Positions 19,499-30,204 of a stretch of 64,000 bases of DNA are shown here, in pieces. This stretch comes from an uncultured delta proteobacterium (lineage in GTDB: Bacteria; Myxococcota_A; Polyangia; Polyangiales; Polyangiaceae). A program made the position numbers and the translations under genes. The notes beneath the pieces are model-generated. The model ran no database searches and was not told where the DNA came from. It worked only from the letters and a program-made list of their open reading frames with translations. The stretch lies in contig CAWDXG010000004.1 of the NCBI GenBank assembly GCA_963806225.1, positions 2,912,001 through 2,976,000 of the forward strand, read 5' to 3'. Numbering within the stretch: position 1 is the stretch's first letter; every line of letters starts with the position of its first letter.

Positions 19499-21587
19499 CT
19501 ACGGGTACGTGCAGCCGTTCTGCACGCCCAGGTCGGCACTGTCGTACGTCTCGAGACGGCCGCCGCCGGCGCCGCAGCTCAGCTCGATATCGGTTGTGCC
19601 GTCCTTGGCGTAGATGTGATCGAAGCCGTCTGCCGCCGTAGACGCGATCCGCGCCCAGGCCGGCGTAGATGGTGTCGTCCCCGGTGTGGCCCCACAGCTC
19701 GTCGTTGCCGTCGAGGCCCCAGACCTTGTCGTTGCCGTCGCGGGCCCAGATGACGTTCGCGGCGTTGTTGCCCCAGAGCTCGTCGTTACCGGCGGCGCCT
19801 TCGAGCACCTCGAGATCCGCGGTGGGGGAGAACCGGGTCCAGGAGCTCTGCCCACAGTCGTTGTTTCCCGTGGTCGGGTTGTAGCTCAACGCGAATCCGT
19901 GGAAGGCGGTCACGGTGCTTGCGGCGCCGGCGAGCTGGGCGCGGATCGGCAGCGAGCCGGCGCGAGCGAAGCCGGCGATGTCGAACCCCGGGCCACCACT
20001 GTAGAAGTGTCCCCCGCAGGGATAGTCCGTCACGAGCTGGTCGTCGCCGCCCTGGCCGTACAGCTCGTCACCGTCCTTGTTTCCGTTCGCGGCCTCGCTG
20101 ATCAGCGCGTCGTCGCCGTCCCCGCCGTAGAGCTTGTCGTGCCCGGTCTCGCCGGCGAGCATCACGTCCTCGCCGCGGCTTCCGGTGAGCACGTCGTCGC
20201 CCGGGCCGCCGTCGAGCACCGCGGTCATCACGTTGGGCCATCCCGTCGTGCTCATGGTCAGGTGGTCGTTGCCCGACGTCGCCCCAGGCGAGCACGTACG
20301 ACAGCGTGGCGGGGATCGTGCACGTGACCACGCTGGGCTGGGTGGGCGCGCAGTTGGGTCCGGCGTGGAGCGTCGCTCCGTTGTTGGCCGTAACCACGAC
20401 GTTGCTGCCTGAAACGGCAAGGCCGATGTCGTCGTCGCCCGGGCTGCCGAGCACGACGAGCCCAACGTCGGTGATGGCTGACGCGGACGCCTTGCGCGCG
20501 TCGACGAATACGTACGGCAACGAGAGCGCCTTGCTCTCGCAAGCAGCGTTGCAGGGAGTGCCGTTGCAGGTGTCGGCGCCGTATCCGCCGTGGAACGTGC
20601 CGGGACCGGCGAAGGAATCGATGAACGGCGAGCCGACGACCTCCTCGATGCCGAGCAACGGCTCCGGCGTGCCGTCGCCCTGTGCGCGGCCCGCCTTCAC
20701 GTTCGTTTGGTTCGTGACCTTGATATCGCGCGTACGTGTAGATGGGGTCCGGGATCGACATCGACGCCGTCTACGCCGGGCGACTGCCCTGGCGGCGTCG
20801 CGGTGGCGAAGCTCGCGGTATCGTAGCCGGCGCCGCCGACGAACTCGTCGCGTCCCGTGTCGCCGCGCAACCAGTCGTTGCCGGTGCCGCCGTGCATGTG
20901 GTCACTGCCGTGCCCGCCGATGATGAGGTCGTCGCCGTCGTCGCCGTAGAGCGTGTCGTCGAGGATCCCGCCGTAGATGCGGTCGTTGCCGCCCTCGCCG
21001 TGGATCGTGTCGCTGCCGCCTCGGCCGAAGATGACGTCGTTGCCGCCACCCGTCAGGTTGCCGTCGTCGCCGAAGATCGTGTCGTTGCCGCCCCCACCGT
21101 CGACATAGTCGTCGCCGGCGCCGCCGTAGATCGTGTCCTCGCCGTCACCGCCGCACACGATGTCGTTGCCCCCCTTCGCGTGGATGGTGTCGTTGCCGGC
21201 GTAGCCGTAGATGAGATCGTTCCCGGCCGTGCCGACGAGGTTGTCGTCTCCGGACGTGCCCTTGATCACGTTGTATCCGGACGGCGGTGAGACGCACGGA
21301 TCCCAGCCGAAGTCCGCGGGCGGAAGACCGGCCACGGCCGTGCTGCCACCCGGATCGCACACCGCGGAACCGCCGGTCCCGGCGCTTCCGCCCGCGCCCG
21401 CGCTCGCTCCCGCACCCGCGCCGCCGCCCGCGCCCGCCCCTGACCCTGCGCTTCCGCCGGCGCCTGCACTTCCTCCCGCGCCCGTCGCGCCGGCACCGCC
21501 GGCTTCGGCTGGGACGGACTTCGCGTTCCGGGAGCCCGAGCAACCGACCACGGCGGCAAAAGCGACGAGGGCAAGCGCGCGGCGCAT
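19499..21587 (-). CDS. RTX/hemolysin-type Ca-binding repeat lipoprotein (frameshifted near 20740, 20275 and 19635)
   Basis: AVVG-C lipobox; many GGxGxDx(I/L) nonapeptides spread over several ORF pieces. Confidence 0.8.
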
Positions 21588-21634
21588 GCCCTCGGTGTAT
21601 CAACCCGTGCTGTCGCTGTCGATGCGGAGCGCCG

Positions 21635-22570
21635 CTACGGCGCGGCGCAGAAGTCCGGCGCGTCCAGGGTCATGAGCCTCTGGTTGACGCAGACGCTGAG
21701 CGTGGACCCGTTGCACGTCGGGAGTTTGCCGGCCGCGCAATCCGCATCGAAAACTCCCTCGGTGTAGACGCAGCCCTGATGGCCGTCCGGCGTTGCGCCG
21801 CAGGTCCCGCCCATGCGCGAGCAGTCGTGGTAGCTGACCTGCCCGGCGCCGTCGCACCCGAGACGCACGTTGCCGTCGCAGTGATCAGCGCGGGTGCCAC
21901 CGGCGGGGCAGGCGGTGAAGTGGCGGTCGGTGCAGCCCGTCGGGCTCGAGGGGTCGCACTCCGCGTAGGCCAGCGAGCAGTCACGCGTGATGGTGTTGCT
22001 GCCCGCGGTGATGGTGGCGACCGAGCCCTGGCAGGCGGTCTGGGCGCCCGCCGGACCGCGACAGCCGTCTTCCTGGCAGCCGATGGCCGGATCGCGACCG
22101 CTGCTGCACTGGGCGACGGCGGCGCAGTCGCCCGCGTGCTGGTTCACGCAGCCGACGTAGTACTCCGCGCGCTCGTTCTTGAACGTGAGGTCGCTCATGG
22201 GGATGGCGCGTTCCGCCGACCACGTCACGTTGGTCACGCACAGGGCGATGCCGTTCAGCCGGTCCTTCTGGGTGTACTTCGCGTCCGACATCGCGCAGGC
22301 CACGTCGGTGGCACACGCCTGCACGATTTCCTTCGCCGTCAGCACCGGCACCGACGTGGGCTCGTCGGGAAACGCTTCGCTCGGATTGTGCGCGACCGGG
22401 CCCACCGGATTCTGCGGGCTGCCGCCGGAACCGCCTGAGCCACCTGAACCGCCGTTGTCGGTCGTGGTCACGACGCAACCGGTCGAGAGGAGCGCGGCTC
22501 CGGCGAACGCGATCAGCCCGAGCTTGTGGTGGAGGGGTGCAAAGGAAACGAGACGCTTGGAAAAGGTCAT
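21635..22570 (-). CDS. Cys-rich lipoprotein, hypothetical
   Basis: LLSTG-C lipobox; Cys-rich body. Confidence 0.8.
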   Translation of the reverse strand: MTFSKRLVSFAPLHHKLGLIAFAGAALLSTGCVVTTTDNGGSGGSGGSGGSPQNPVGPVAHNPSEAFPDEPTSVPVLTAKEIVQACATDVACAMSDAKYTQKDRLNGIALCVTNVTWSAERAIPMSDLTFKNERAEYYVGCVNQHAGDCAAVAQCSSGRDPAIGCQEDGCRGPAGAQTACQGSVATITAGSNTITRDCSLAYAECDPSSPTGCTDRHFTACPAGGTRADHCDGNVRLGCDGAGQVSYHDCSRMGGTCGATPDGHQGCVYTEGVFDADCAAGKLPTCNGSTLSVCVNQRLMTLDAPDFCAAP

Positions 22571-22583
22571 GACAGCCGTTCCT

Positions 22584-22599
22584 AGCAGCGGGCGTGCCA
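22584..22599 (-). promoter_or_regulatory. Sigma54 -24/-12 promoter candidate
   Basis: Minus strand TGGCACG-CCCG-CTGCT, just upstream of ATG 22570. Confidence 0.55.
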
Positions 22600-22975
22600 A
22601 CGCCGGGTGGGCCATGCGCGCGGAGCCGGCCTTCGCTGTACAGGGGGGCAGCCCCCCGCAAGAGCGACGAGGGGAGCCAGCCCGAGAGAGCCTCGAAGAG
22701 CCCCATGCGAACGCGACCTCGCGCCGCACCCATGGCAAACTGGTCAGACCTGCGACGGAACGTGTTGCAGCGGAGCAACACACACCCTCGGGGGGCAAGA
22801 TCCGGCGCCCGGGCGCCGTTGAACGGTGTGCCAGGGCGCGGGCGATGAACATGCCCGCCTCGCTCAGGATCCGGTTGATCGATGCGTTGGCGTAGCCCAA
22901 GGCGTCGTTTTCCCCGCACCCCCCGGGCCTCCACTCGGAGCGAGTGCGCCAACATGTCCCGTTGACCTTCGCCGC

Positions 22976-23010
22976 TTGACAGGGCGAGTTCGAATGAATA
23001 TTCAATCAAC
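22976..23010 (+). promoter_or_regulatory. Sigma70-like promoter (TTGACA-N17-TATTCA) overlapped by TetR operator copy 1
   Basis: CGAATGAATATTCAATCAAC at 22991-23010; near-palindrome GAATGAA-N2-TTCAATC. Confidence 0.65.
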
Positions 23011-23584
23011 CGTGCCCGCGCACGACACCGACAAGGCCGAGGCCATCCTCGGCGCAGCCCTGGAGCTGTTCGTCGATCGGGGTTTCCACGGCACTTCGGT
23101 GCCGTCGGTGGCCGATCGTGCGGGGGTGGCAGCCGGCACCATCTACCACTACTTCGCCAGCAAGGAAGCGCTGGTCAACGCCGTCTACCGGCGCTGGAAG
23201 ATGGAGATAAGTAGCCAGATTGTCGCGGATTTTCCGCACGACAAGCCGGCCAGGGAGCAGTTCCGCACGATCTGGAAGCGCATGGCCGACTTCGCTGTGG
23301 AGCACCCGGAGGAGCTGGCGTTCCTCGAGCTCCACCATCACTCGAGCTACCTGGACGACGAGAGCCGGGCGCTCGAGAACGGGGTGCTCGAGTTCGGCGT
23401 GGCGATGGTGAAGCGCGCCCAGGAGGCCGAGGCGCTCAAGCCGCTCTCGCCCACGCTCTTGATGGAGCTGGCCATGGGGGCTTTTCTGGGGGTTTTTCGA
23501 GCCGGTCTGGAAGGGCGCGTGCCCCTGACGCGCGAGACGCTCATGGAAGCCGAGCGTTGTTGCTGGGAGGCCGTGCGCGCTTGA
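22994..23584 (+). CDS. TetR/AcrR family transcriptional regulator
   Basis: ILGAALELFVDRGFHGTSVPSVADRAGVAAGTIYHYFASKEAL HTH; the start may instead be GTG 23012. Confidence 0.93.
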   Translation: MNIQSTVPAHDTDKAEAILGAALELFVDRGFHGTSVPSVADRAGVAAGTIYHYFASKEALVNAVYRRWKMEISSQIVADFPHDKPAREQFRTIWKRMADFAVEHPEELAFLELHHHSSYLDDESRALENGVLEFGVAMVKRAQEAEALKPLSPTLLMELAMGAFLGVFRAGLEGRVPLTRETLMEAERCCWEAVRA

Positions 23585-23629
23585 GCGGTTGCCGTTTGGG
23601 GGGAAGGGCGCACCGCTTTGTCCGTATAT

Positions 23630-23649
23630 CGAATGAACGTTCAATCAAC
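23630..23649 (+). promoter_or_regulatory. TetR operator copy 2 upstream of the SDR gene
   Basis: CGAATGAACGTTCAATCAAC, 18/20 identical to copy 1; followed by an AGGAGG RBS. Confidence 0.7.
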
Positions 23650-23662
23650 AGGAGGCCGACTC

Positions 23663-24562
23663 ATGGACCATCGAAGCTTGAAAACCGTGCTCGTGACCGG
23701 CGCCACCGCAGGCATCGGGCGTCATCTGGCTCTGGATCTGGCGCGGCAGGGCCACCGCGTGTTCGCCAGCGGCCGGAACGAAGCCGCGCTGGCGTCGTTG
23801 CGTGCGGAGGCCGAAGACGGGGGGCTCGCCATCCAGACCCTGAAGCTCGACGTGACCTCGCCCGCAAGCATCGCAGCGGCCGAGCTCGCGGTGCGCGAGC
23901 TGACGGACGGCTACGGCGTGGACGTCCTCGTCAACAACGCCGGCTACGGACAGGGCGGCTCGATGATCGAGCTCGGCGACGCCGAGCTGCGCGCGCAGTT
24001 CGAGACCAACGTGTTCGGACTGATGGCGGTGACGCGCGCGTTCGCGCCCGGGATGCTCTCGCGCCGGCGAGGCTGGATCGTCAACGTGAGCAGCGTCGGC
24101 GGACGCGTCACGTTCCCCTTCTTCGGCGCGTATCACGCCTCCAAGTACGCGGTGGAGGCGCTGTCGGATGCCCTCCGCGCCGAGCTGCACGCGTTCGGGA
24201 TCCACGTCGCCGTCGTCGAGCCGGGCCCGATCACGTCGAACTTCTCGGAGCGCGCGTTCACCTCCCTGCCGGCGGCGCAGGACACGTCTCCGTACGCCGT
24301 GTCGTACGCGCTCGCCGATGGCATCCGCGAGGCGTCGGACCGCGCCTCGTTCAGTCCTGCGCACGTCGCGCGCGCGGTTCGGAAGGCGATCGGCTCGCGT
24401 TGGCCACGCGCCCGCTACGTCGCTCCGTGGTTTCTCGCGCTGCCGCTGGCCCTGTTGCCGTTCACGCCGACACGCCTGCTCGACGCGCTGTTCCGCCGCG
24501 CCTTCGCGCTGCGTTCCAGGCCGGCGCCCGCGCTCGGGAGCACCGCGGCGGAGGGCTCGTGA
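23663..24562 (+). CDS. Short-chain dehydrogenase/reductase
   Basis: TGATAGIG, NNAGYG, YHASK; AGGAGG RBS. Confidence 0.95.
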   Translation: MDHRSLKTVLVTGATAGIGRHLALDLARQGHRVFASGRNEAALASLRAEAEDGGLAIQTLKLDVTSPASIAAAELAVRELTDGYGVDVLVNNAGYGQGGSMIELGDAELRAQFETNVFGLMAVTRAFAPGMLSRRRGWIVNVSSVGGRVTFPFFGAYHASKYAVEALSDALRAELHAFGIHVAVVEPGPITSNFSERAFTSLPAAQDTSPYAVSYALADGIREASDRASFSPAHVARAVRKAIGSRWPRARYVAPWFLALPLALLPFTPTRLLDALFRRAFALRSRPAPALGSTAAEGS

Positions 24563-25191
24563 AGCGGATCGCTCCGGGCGCGCTCGCGTTCGCCGCGGCT
24601 GTCGCCGTGACGACGCAGGCCGCGGCGCAGGCCCGCGGGGAGATGCAGAGCGATCTCCGCGGCTACTATCACGGCGAGCAGACAGCGGCGTACATCATCG
24701 GAGGCATGGGGCTCGCCGCCGCCGGCGGCGGCGCCTACCTCGTCACGAGGCGCACGGATTTCTCGCGAGGCCTGGGCTGGACGTGGGTGGCGATGGGCGG
24801 GCTCGAGGCCCTCGGGGCTGCCTTCTATTCCCTGCAGGTCGACGGGGAGCTCGATCACTACCAGCCAGCGCTGGCCCGCGACCCTGCGGCGTTTCGCGCC
24901 GAGGAGAGGGACCACCTGCGCGGCACGGAGTCGCGCTTCACCTACTACCGGGCCACGGAGCTCGGGCTGACGCTCGCCGGCGCGGGCATGCTCACGTACG
25001 GCCTGGTCGCCAAGCGCGACACCTGGACCGGAGTGGGTCTGGGGGGCGCGTCGCTGGCGCTGCCGCTCTTCGTGATCGACAGCTTCAACAACGCGCGAGC
25101 CCACCGCTACCTCGACCACGTCGAGAGCTTCAATCCGTCCGTGGGCGCGAGCGCCGGCGGCCTTTCGCTGTCGCTCTCCGGGCGGTTCTGA
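24559..25191 (+). CDS. Exported/membrane hypothetical protein
   Basis: GTGA overlap with the SDR stop; signal peptide; hydrophobic segments; ends SLSGRF. Confidence 0.75.
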   Translation: MKRIAPGALAFAAAVAVTTQAAAQARGEMQSDLRGYYHGEQTAAYIIGGMGLAAAGGGAYLVTRRTDFSRGLGWTWVAMGGLEALGAAFYSLQVDGELDHYQPALARDPAAFRAEERDHLRGTESRFTYYRATELGLTLAGAGMLTYGLVAKRDTWTGVGLGGASLALPLFVIDSFNNARAHRYLDHVESFNPSVGASAGGLSLSLSGRF

Positions 25192-25311
25192 GCGGAAGCA
25201 GATTCGCCGCGCGCGCGAAAATCCGGGCGCGCGGAACGGTTTGGTTTCCCCGAAGAACGCGCTAGACTTGTTCGCGGGGAGGCCCCGGGGAGTACGGCCG
25301 TGACTGGGCTC

Positions 25312-25479
25312 CCGAGCGCTTCCAGATCGAAGGCAGAGAGATCTACACCTGGTATCCGCACGCCCAAGCGAAGAGCCCGCTCGCCACGGCGCTCGCCAAG
25401 CTGCCGCTGCGCGGCGCCGTCACGACGCGGAACTGGAACACCCGTGCAGAAGCTCTTCGAGTTGCTCGATCCGCGCTGA
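25312..25479 (+). pseudogene. C-terminal fragment of a DUF1697-like protein
   Basis: EGREIYTWYPHAQAKSPL...VTTRNWNT, then frameshift to VQKLFELL*. Confidence 0.55.
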
Positions 25480-25589
25480 GCGGACGCTCCGAGCGCTTTT
25501 CGGTGGGCAGCGCGGGCGCGGCGGGCAGCGCGGGCGCGGTTCGCGCCCGCGACGAGCTGGACGCGCTCGGCGGCGTCATGCGCCCCGCC

Positions 25590-26070
25590 CAGGATGTAGC
25601 GCCAGAGCGCTTCCTTTCCCGCGGCGTCGCTAGCACTCGCCGTCGTGGCGGCGTGGAGCGAGAAGCCGCCCTCCACGGCGCACAGGCCCTTGGTGACTTC
25701 CAGGCCGCGGTCGCCGCGCAGCGTGATCGGCTCACGGCGGCGTAGCGCCGGACCGGCCGGAAGCGTGCCGAGCGTGGAGGCGACGGCGAGCTCCGCGAGC
25801 GCGGGCTCGCTGTCTGCGAGCTTGGCGTCGGCGCTGACGGTGTCGTCGGTGATCACGCCCTTGCGACGGAGGAGCACGAGGATGCGCGTGCGCGCGATCT
25901 GCAACATGTCGGCAACATCGTCGTGGGTGAGACGCGGCAGCGCACAGAACGAGAGCTCGCCGCCCTCCGCATCCTCCACGAACACCCCATCCAGTGCGCC
26001 CGTGTGGAAGTGCGGATTGAGCCTGAGGTCGCTCGAGACGCGCTGCACGGCGGTACCGGCGCCGCCCCTG
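25590..26070 (-). mobile_element. IS91-family (rolling-circle) transposase internal fragment
   Basis: QRVSSDLRLNPHFHTGALDGVF (HUH motif), GFSLHAAT...EALWRYIL. Confidence 0.8.
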
Positions 26071-26354
26071 CCGCCCTCGATGCCGCGCGCCCCGAGAACG
26101 GGACGCACGCCCGCGTCCGGCTCGGCAAGACGGCCGTCCACGAGATGGGCCACACGCTCGGCCTGACGCATTGCGCGAACCACGGCTGCCTGATGGCAGA
26201 CGGCAAGGGCAGCGTGCTGACGACCGACGACGAGTACGACCTGTGCGACAAGCGCTGTCGCCCCCTGCTCGAGAAGGCCGGCTACATGCTCGGCAGGCGC
26301 GGCGGACGCACCCTGGCCGAGGCCGAAGTAGGGCTCAGCTGCAGAGCCCGTTGA
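26070..26354 (+). pseudogene. Archaemetzincin-like Zn protease, C-terminal fragment
   Basis: KTAVHEMGHTLGLTHCANHGCLM...LCDKRC; N-terminus replaced by the IS91 remnant. Confidence 0.7.
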
Positions 26355-26946
26355 CGCAGCTCTGGCCGGACGCACAGACATGGCCGCAGAAGCCGCAGTT
26401 GGAAGAGTCGGTCTTCAGGTCGACCTCACACGCGTCGGAGGGATCGCAGTTGCAGTCGCCGTAGTACGGCGGGCACGCCGAAGATTGGCATTGGCCCTGC
26501 TGGCAATAGACGCAGGTACCTGGTTGCCCCGGAGCAGCACACGCGTTGCCGCAGCCGCCGCAGTTGTCGGGATCGCTGTCGACGTCGATCTCGCATCCGT
26601 TCGCCGGGTCGCCGTCGCAGTCCTCGAAGCCGGGATTGCAGGACTGGAGGGCGCAGCCGTCGTTCTGGCAGGTCGCAGTTGCGTTGGGCACGTCGCACGC
26701 CGCGCAGGACGCCGCGCCGCAGCCATGCGCGGGATCGTCGGTGGCCACGCAGTCGCCGCCGCACGCCTTCAGTCCCGGACCGCAACCGCCCCCGCCCGAG
26801 GCGCCGCCAGCAACGGCATCGTAGATCGCTCCGCCACTTCCGCCGGTGCCCGCAGCGCCCCCCGAGCTCGAGCCCGTCGTGGCGCGCCCGCCACAGCCGG
26901 CCAGGAACAGGCAGACGGCGATCACAAAGACGGAATTCGACGACAT
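26335..26946 (-). CDS. Cys-rich repeat lipoprotein
   Basis: LFLAG-C lipobox; DPxNCGxCGxxC and DCDGDPANGCE repeats. Confidence 0.85.
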   Translation of the reverse strand: MSSNSVFVIAVCLFLAGCGGRATTGSSSGGAAGTGGSGGAIYDAVAGGASGGGGCGPGLKACGGDCVATDDPAHGCGAASCAACDVPNATATCQNDGCALQSCNPGFEDCDGDPANGCEIDVDSDPDNCGGCGNACAAPGQPGTCVYCQQGQCQSSACPPYYGDCNCDPSDACEVDLKTDSSNCGFCGHVCASGQSCVNGLCS

Positions 26947-27210
26947 CTCGCTCGGAAGGATAACGCGACGTGGTGGCAGAGAGAAAGTGCCTAGTCCTGT
27001 CGATCCCGCTTGACGACCTTTGGCGCGGTCGCGCCCGCGAAATCGCAGCTGGCAGTTGAACGACCTCACGCTGCGCCGGTGCGAGGTCAGGAACGCGTGC
27101 CAGCGGTCAGACGATTGCGCAGTCGATCGTGCTCGCAGTCGCGCGTCTGCGCGTCGCCAGCGAGGCGTCAAAACCCCGTGGTATGCACGAAGCACAAGGA
27201 GGGACTCGTC

Positions 27211-27600
27211 ATGATGGAAACATGCCAACGCGCCCATCACGCCCTGCTGCGCATCGCAAAGAGGCGCGCCGAGCTCGACCGCCGAGGAGGGCCGCTGGCT
27301 GCTTGTCGCCTATCGCGAGCACGCCCACGAGCGGCTCGGTTTTGGCAGCTTTGTCGAGTACATCGAGCGGCTGCTTGGTCATGGTCCGCGCACGACGCTC
27401 GAGAAACTGCGCGTGGCGGAAGCGCTGGAAGGCCTGCCGACACTGGACCAGGCGCTGGCGGAAGGCCGCGCGAGCTACGAGATCGCCATGACCGTCTGCG
27501 AGCACTGCGGCGCCGGAGAGCAACGGGGCAAGGGAGAGCCCGTGGTCGTCGGCGCCGAGGTCGTCGAGGTGGCGGGCTGCGTCCACAATGCGCAACTCCA
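27211..27600 (+). pseudogene. Myxobacterial HNH endonuclease-associated (DUF222-like) gene remnant
   Basis: GGAGG RBS; HALLRIAKRRAELD, then frameshift to RLGFGSFVEYIERLLG...EKLRVAEALEGLP...RASYEIAMTVCEHC; internally deleted, no HNH motif seen. Confidence 0.6.
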
Positions 27601-27779
27601 GCCCGCCCGCAGTCCCACGCCACTCGGGGTTGCCGTTGAGCGTCACGCACTGGCCGGAGCCGACGGCTCCGCCGACTTGTTGCAGGATATCCTCGAGCAT
27701 CACGGGCGGCGGAACGCTTGCACATGGTGCGCGCAATGCCAAGCGCTGCCTCGCAACGCCCGCGCGGACGGTCCTGGGT

Positions 27780-28170
27780 GTCGTCGACCGCGTGCGAGAG
27801 CAGATCGCGGGCGCGCTCGAGGAGGTCCACGTACTCCTGCGAAGCGGTGAACTGCACCTTGTAGCGTTGCTGCGCTGGCGCCTGGTCCCGCGCCGCCGCG
27901 GCACCCCCACCCACCCATCGCGCTTCGTCGTCGCTCCGCGTTGCGCCATCCGCGTCGCCCGCCCAATCTCCTGGTCGCGCTCCCGGCGGCAGCTCGCGCA
28001 CCGGATTGAACGACCCGACGAATTCGCTCCACGTCGGATTGCGCGGCGTGGTCAGCTCCGGGCCGAGCGGTTCGATGCGCGCCGGCACATCCGGCAGCGG
28101 ATCGAGCTCGCGCGCCAGCTTGGCGATCGCGCGCTTGGTGCGGAAGCGGTCGTGCGGCTGCGCCGCGCGG
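27780..28170 (-). pseudogene. Second HNH endonuclease-associated gene remnant (RYKVQFTA type)
   Basis: RTKRAIAKLARELDPLPDVPARIEPL...RYKVQFTASQEYVDLLERARDLLSH. Confidence 0.55.
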
Positions 28171-28343
28171 CGCCCGCGGAAGTGGGACGGCACCCGCAGC
28201 GTCGGACCGACTGGCGGCCGCGACGCTTCGCATGCCGTCGCGTCGCTACCCGGCCCATTCGCCTCCCGGCAAGTCTCCGAGCTCGGGATCGCCGGAGTCA
28301 CCGCCCTTGCAGCGCCGGGCCCCAACTCAAAGTGCGGCGCGAG

Positions 28344-28874
28344 ATGACAACCCGAGCCGAACAGTACTTTCTCGAGCAGCTTGCCCCTCACGGGACGGAC
28401 GCCAAGGATGTCGTTGCCAGCGGGTACTTCCGAACGTTCATCCGGGACCGGTCGGGAAGGAGAGACCTGTCGGTCTTCGTAGATGCCGCGAAGGCGCTCG
28501 GACACTATCTCGCGCTGACCAACGACAAGCTCTTCATCGTCAAGACCCGTGCGCCAGCTACGTCGACCCCGCTACTCGAGAACCGGGGTGTGGTGGAGAT
28601 CCCGCTTTCGCGAATCCGGCAAGCGACGCTCGAGACCGACCTCTTCTTGATCGAGTCCGATGTCGTGACGCTGCCGCTCCAACTCCAGGTGTCCAACAAG
28701 TCGTTTCCGGATCAGGAGCGGCTGTTGGAGGAGTTCGCGAAGAGATTCAACGTCGCCGCGTCCATCGCGTCGATCCGTGCAGCGCAGGCGAAGAAACGGT
28801 GGACAAGACTTGGATTGGTCGCTGCAGCGATCGCCGCAGTCGTGCTGTGGACCCTATTCAAGAACTGGAAGTGA
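28344..28874 (+). CDS. Hypothetical protein with C-terminal TM anchor
   Basis: MTTRAEQYFLEQL...; protein-like composition; terminal hydrophobic helix. Confidence 0.65.
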   Translation: MTTRAEQYFLEQLAPHGTDAKDVVASGYFRTFIRDRSGRRDLSVFVDAAKALGHYLALTNDKLFIVKTRAPATSTPLLENRGVVEIPLSRIRQATLETDLFLIESDVVTLPLQLQVSNKSFPDQERLLEEFAKRFNVAASIASIRAAQAKKRWTRLGLVAAAIAAVVLWTLFKNWK

Positions 28875-28907
28875 CCCTCCGCCGAGGACCAGCGTAGGCC
28901 GCTCGGC

Positions 28908-29402
28908 TCAGCCGGTGGTCCAGGTCGGGTCGGCGGCGGCTGCGGGGCCGCGCGCGGGGCGGACGACGAGCGCGATCGAATCCTCGACGTCCGGTGAGCC
29001 GGAGACCTTCGCGTGGAAGCGAACGGACCAGCCGATCTGCGCGTCGCGCAGGCTGAGGGTGCAGGGCGCGGCGCCCTCCGGCGGCATCGGAAGTGCGGCG
29101 GCGAACCAACCCGGCTGGCCCGGCTCGGCGACAAGCGGGATCGCTTGCTGGTGCACCACGTGCTCGCGCTGCTGCGAGAAGTTGTCGTAGCCGTACTGCT
29201 GGGCCAGCTCGCGCACGACCAGGGTCGCCTCCGCGCGCTCCACGCGAGCGTCGGGCGCCAGCTGCAGGCGGCAGCGTAACGCGCCCTCGACGGGCTCGAC
29301 CTCGGCGTAGGCGTTCCCCGCGGCGCGGGTCGTGAGCAGCCCGAGCACCGTCCCGATCAAGGCGGAGGCGAGTGTGGAGCCGCTTCCCGCGGCCCCGCGC
29401 AC
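28908..29402 (-). CDS. Hypothetical exported protein
   Basis: ORF with an N-terminal hydrophobic segment. Confidence 0.45.
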   Translation of the reverse strand: MRGAAGSGSTLASALIGTVLGLLTTRAAGNAYAEVEPVEGALRCRLQLAPDARVERAEATLVVRELAQQYGYDNFSQQREHVVHQQAIPLVAEPGQPGWFAAALPMPPEGAAPCTLSLRDAQIGWSVRFHAKVSGSPDVEDSIALVVRPARGPAAAADPTWTTG

Positions 29403-29899
29403 CGGTGGGCGCTCCGGGGCTATGCTGTCGCTGGTCTTCCCTTGTGACGCGCTGTGGTGCTTCGACCCGTCTCACGGCGGAGAAAGATCATTCCGCTGGC
29501 AAGAGTGTTCCGGCATACACGTCCCCATCGACGGACCCGGACTCTGCGGGGTGGGCCGTACAGTTGACCTGGGAGGCGACCGGGTCGAGGGCCCGTCCGC
29601 GCCATGAGCAACTTGCCCGTTGCAGGCGCTCACTCCCAGCAAGCAACACGTGAATATCGCTCGCCCGGTGAAGCGGCCGCGACCGACGCGGAGCGGGCCG
29701 GGGCAGGTGCGTGCTGCGTAGCACGATAGTTGCGGGGGCCCGCTGACGTGGAGCGGCTGCCAGGACCTGCGGGCCGGTAGCCAGATGTCCGCTCCCAGCC
29801 TGCACCCGTCGCGGGTGCATGGCCCGCGCGATTACGACGAATCTCGTCAGCCTGCTCGCTTGTCTCGAGGCCGGCCCGTCGCTAACCTTGGAATACTCC

Positions 29900-30200
29900 A
29901 TGCGCCCGATGACGACCGACCTGAATCGCGGGGACCGGCGCCCATATTTCTTGTGGGACGAGGACGTCTCCATCGACGAGCTTCGCGCCGCGCTCGCCGG
30001 GAATCAGGGCCCGGAGGAACGACTGCGCCTTCTCGGCAAGCTCCTGCGCGAGGCGCGGGATACGGACGTTCTGGGAGTTCGTTGCCCCACAGGACGTCGC
30101 GCGCGCCCTTCCCGACCTGCGCCGGCGTCTCGGCCGCCGGCGTCGCTTCTGGGAGTTCCTGATCGAGGGCTGGCGACAGGACGGCATCCTGAAGGACTAG
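29900..30200 (+). CDS. Putative antitoxin partner of the AbiEii-type nucleotidyltransferase (frameshift near 30070)
   Basis: RPYFLWDEDVSIDELR...LLREARDTDV, then frameshift to WEFVAPQDV...FWEFLIEGWR; ends 4 bp upstream of the NTase. Confidence 0.65.
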
Positions 30201-30204
30201 CCCG

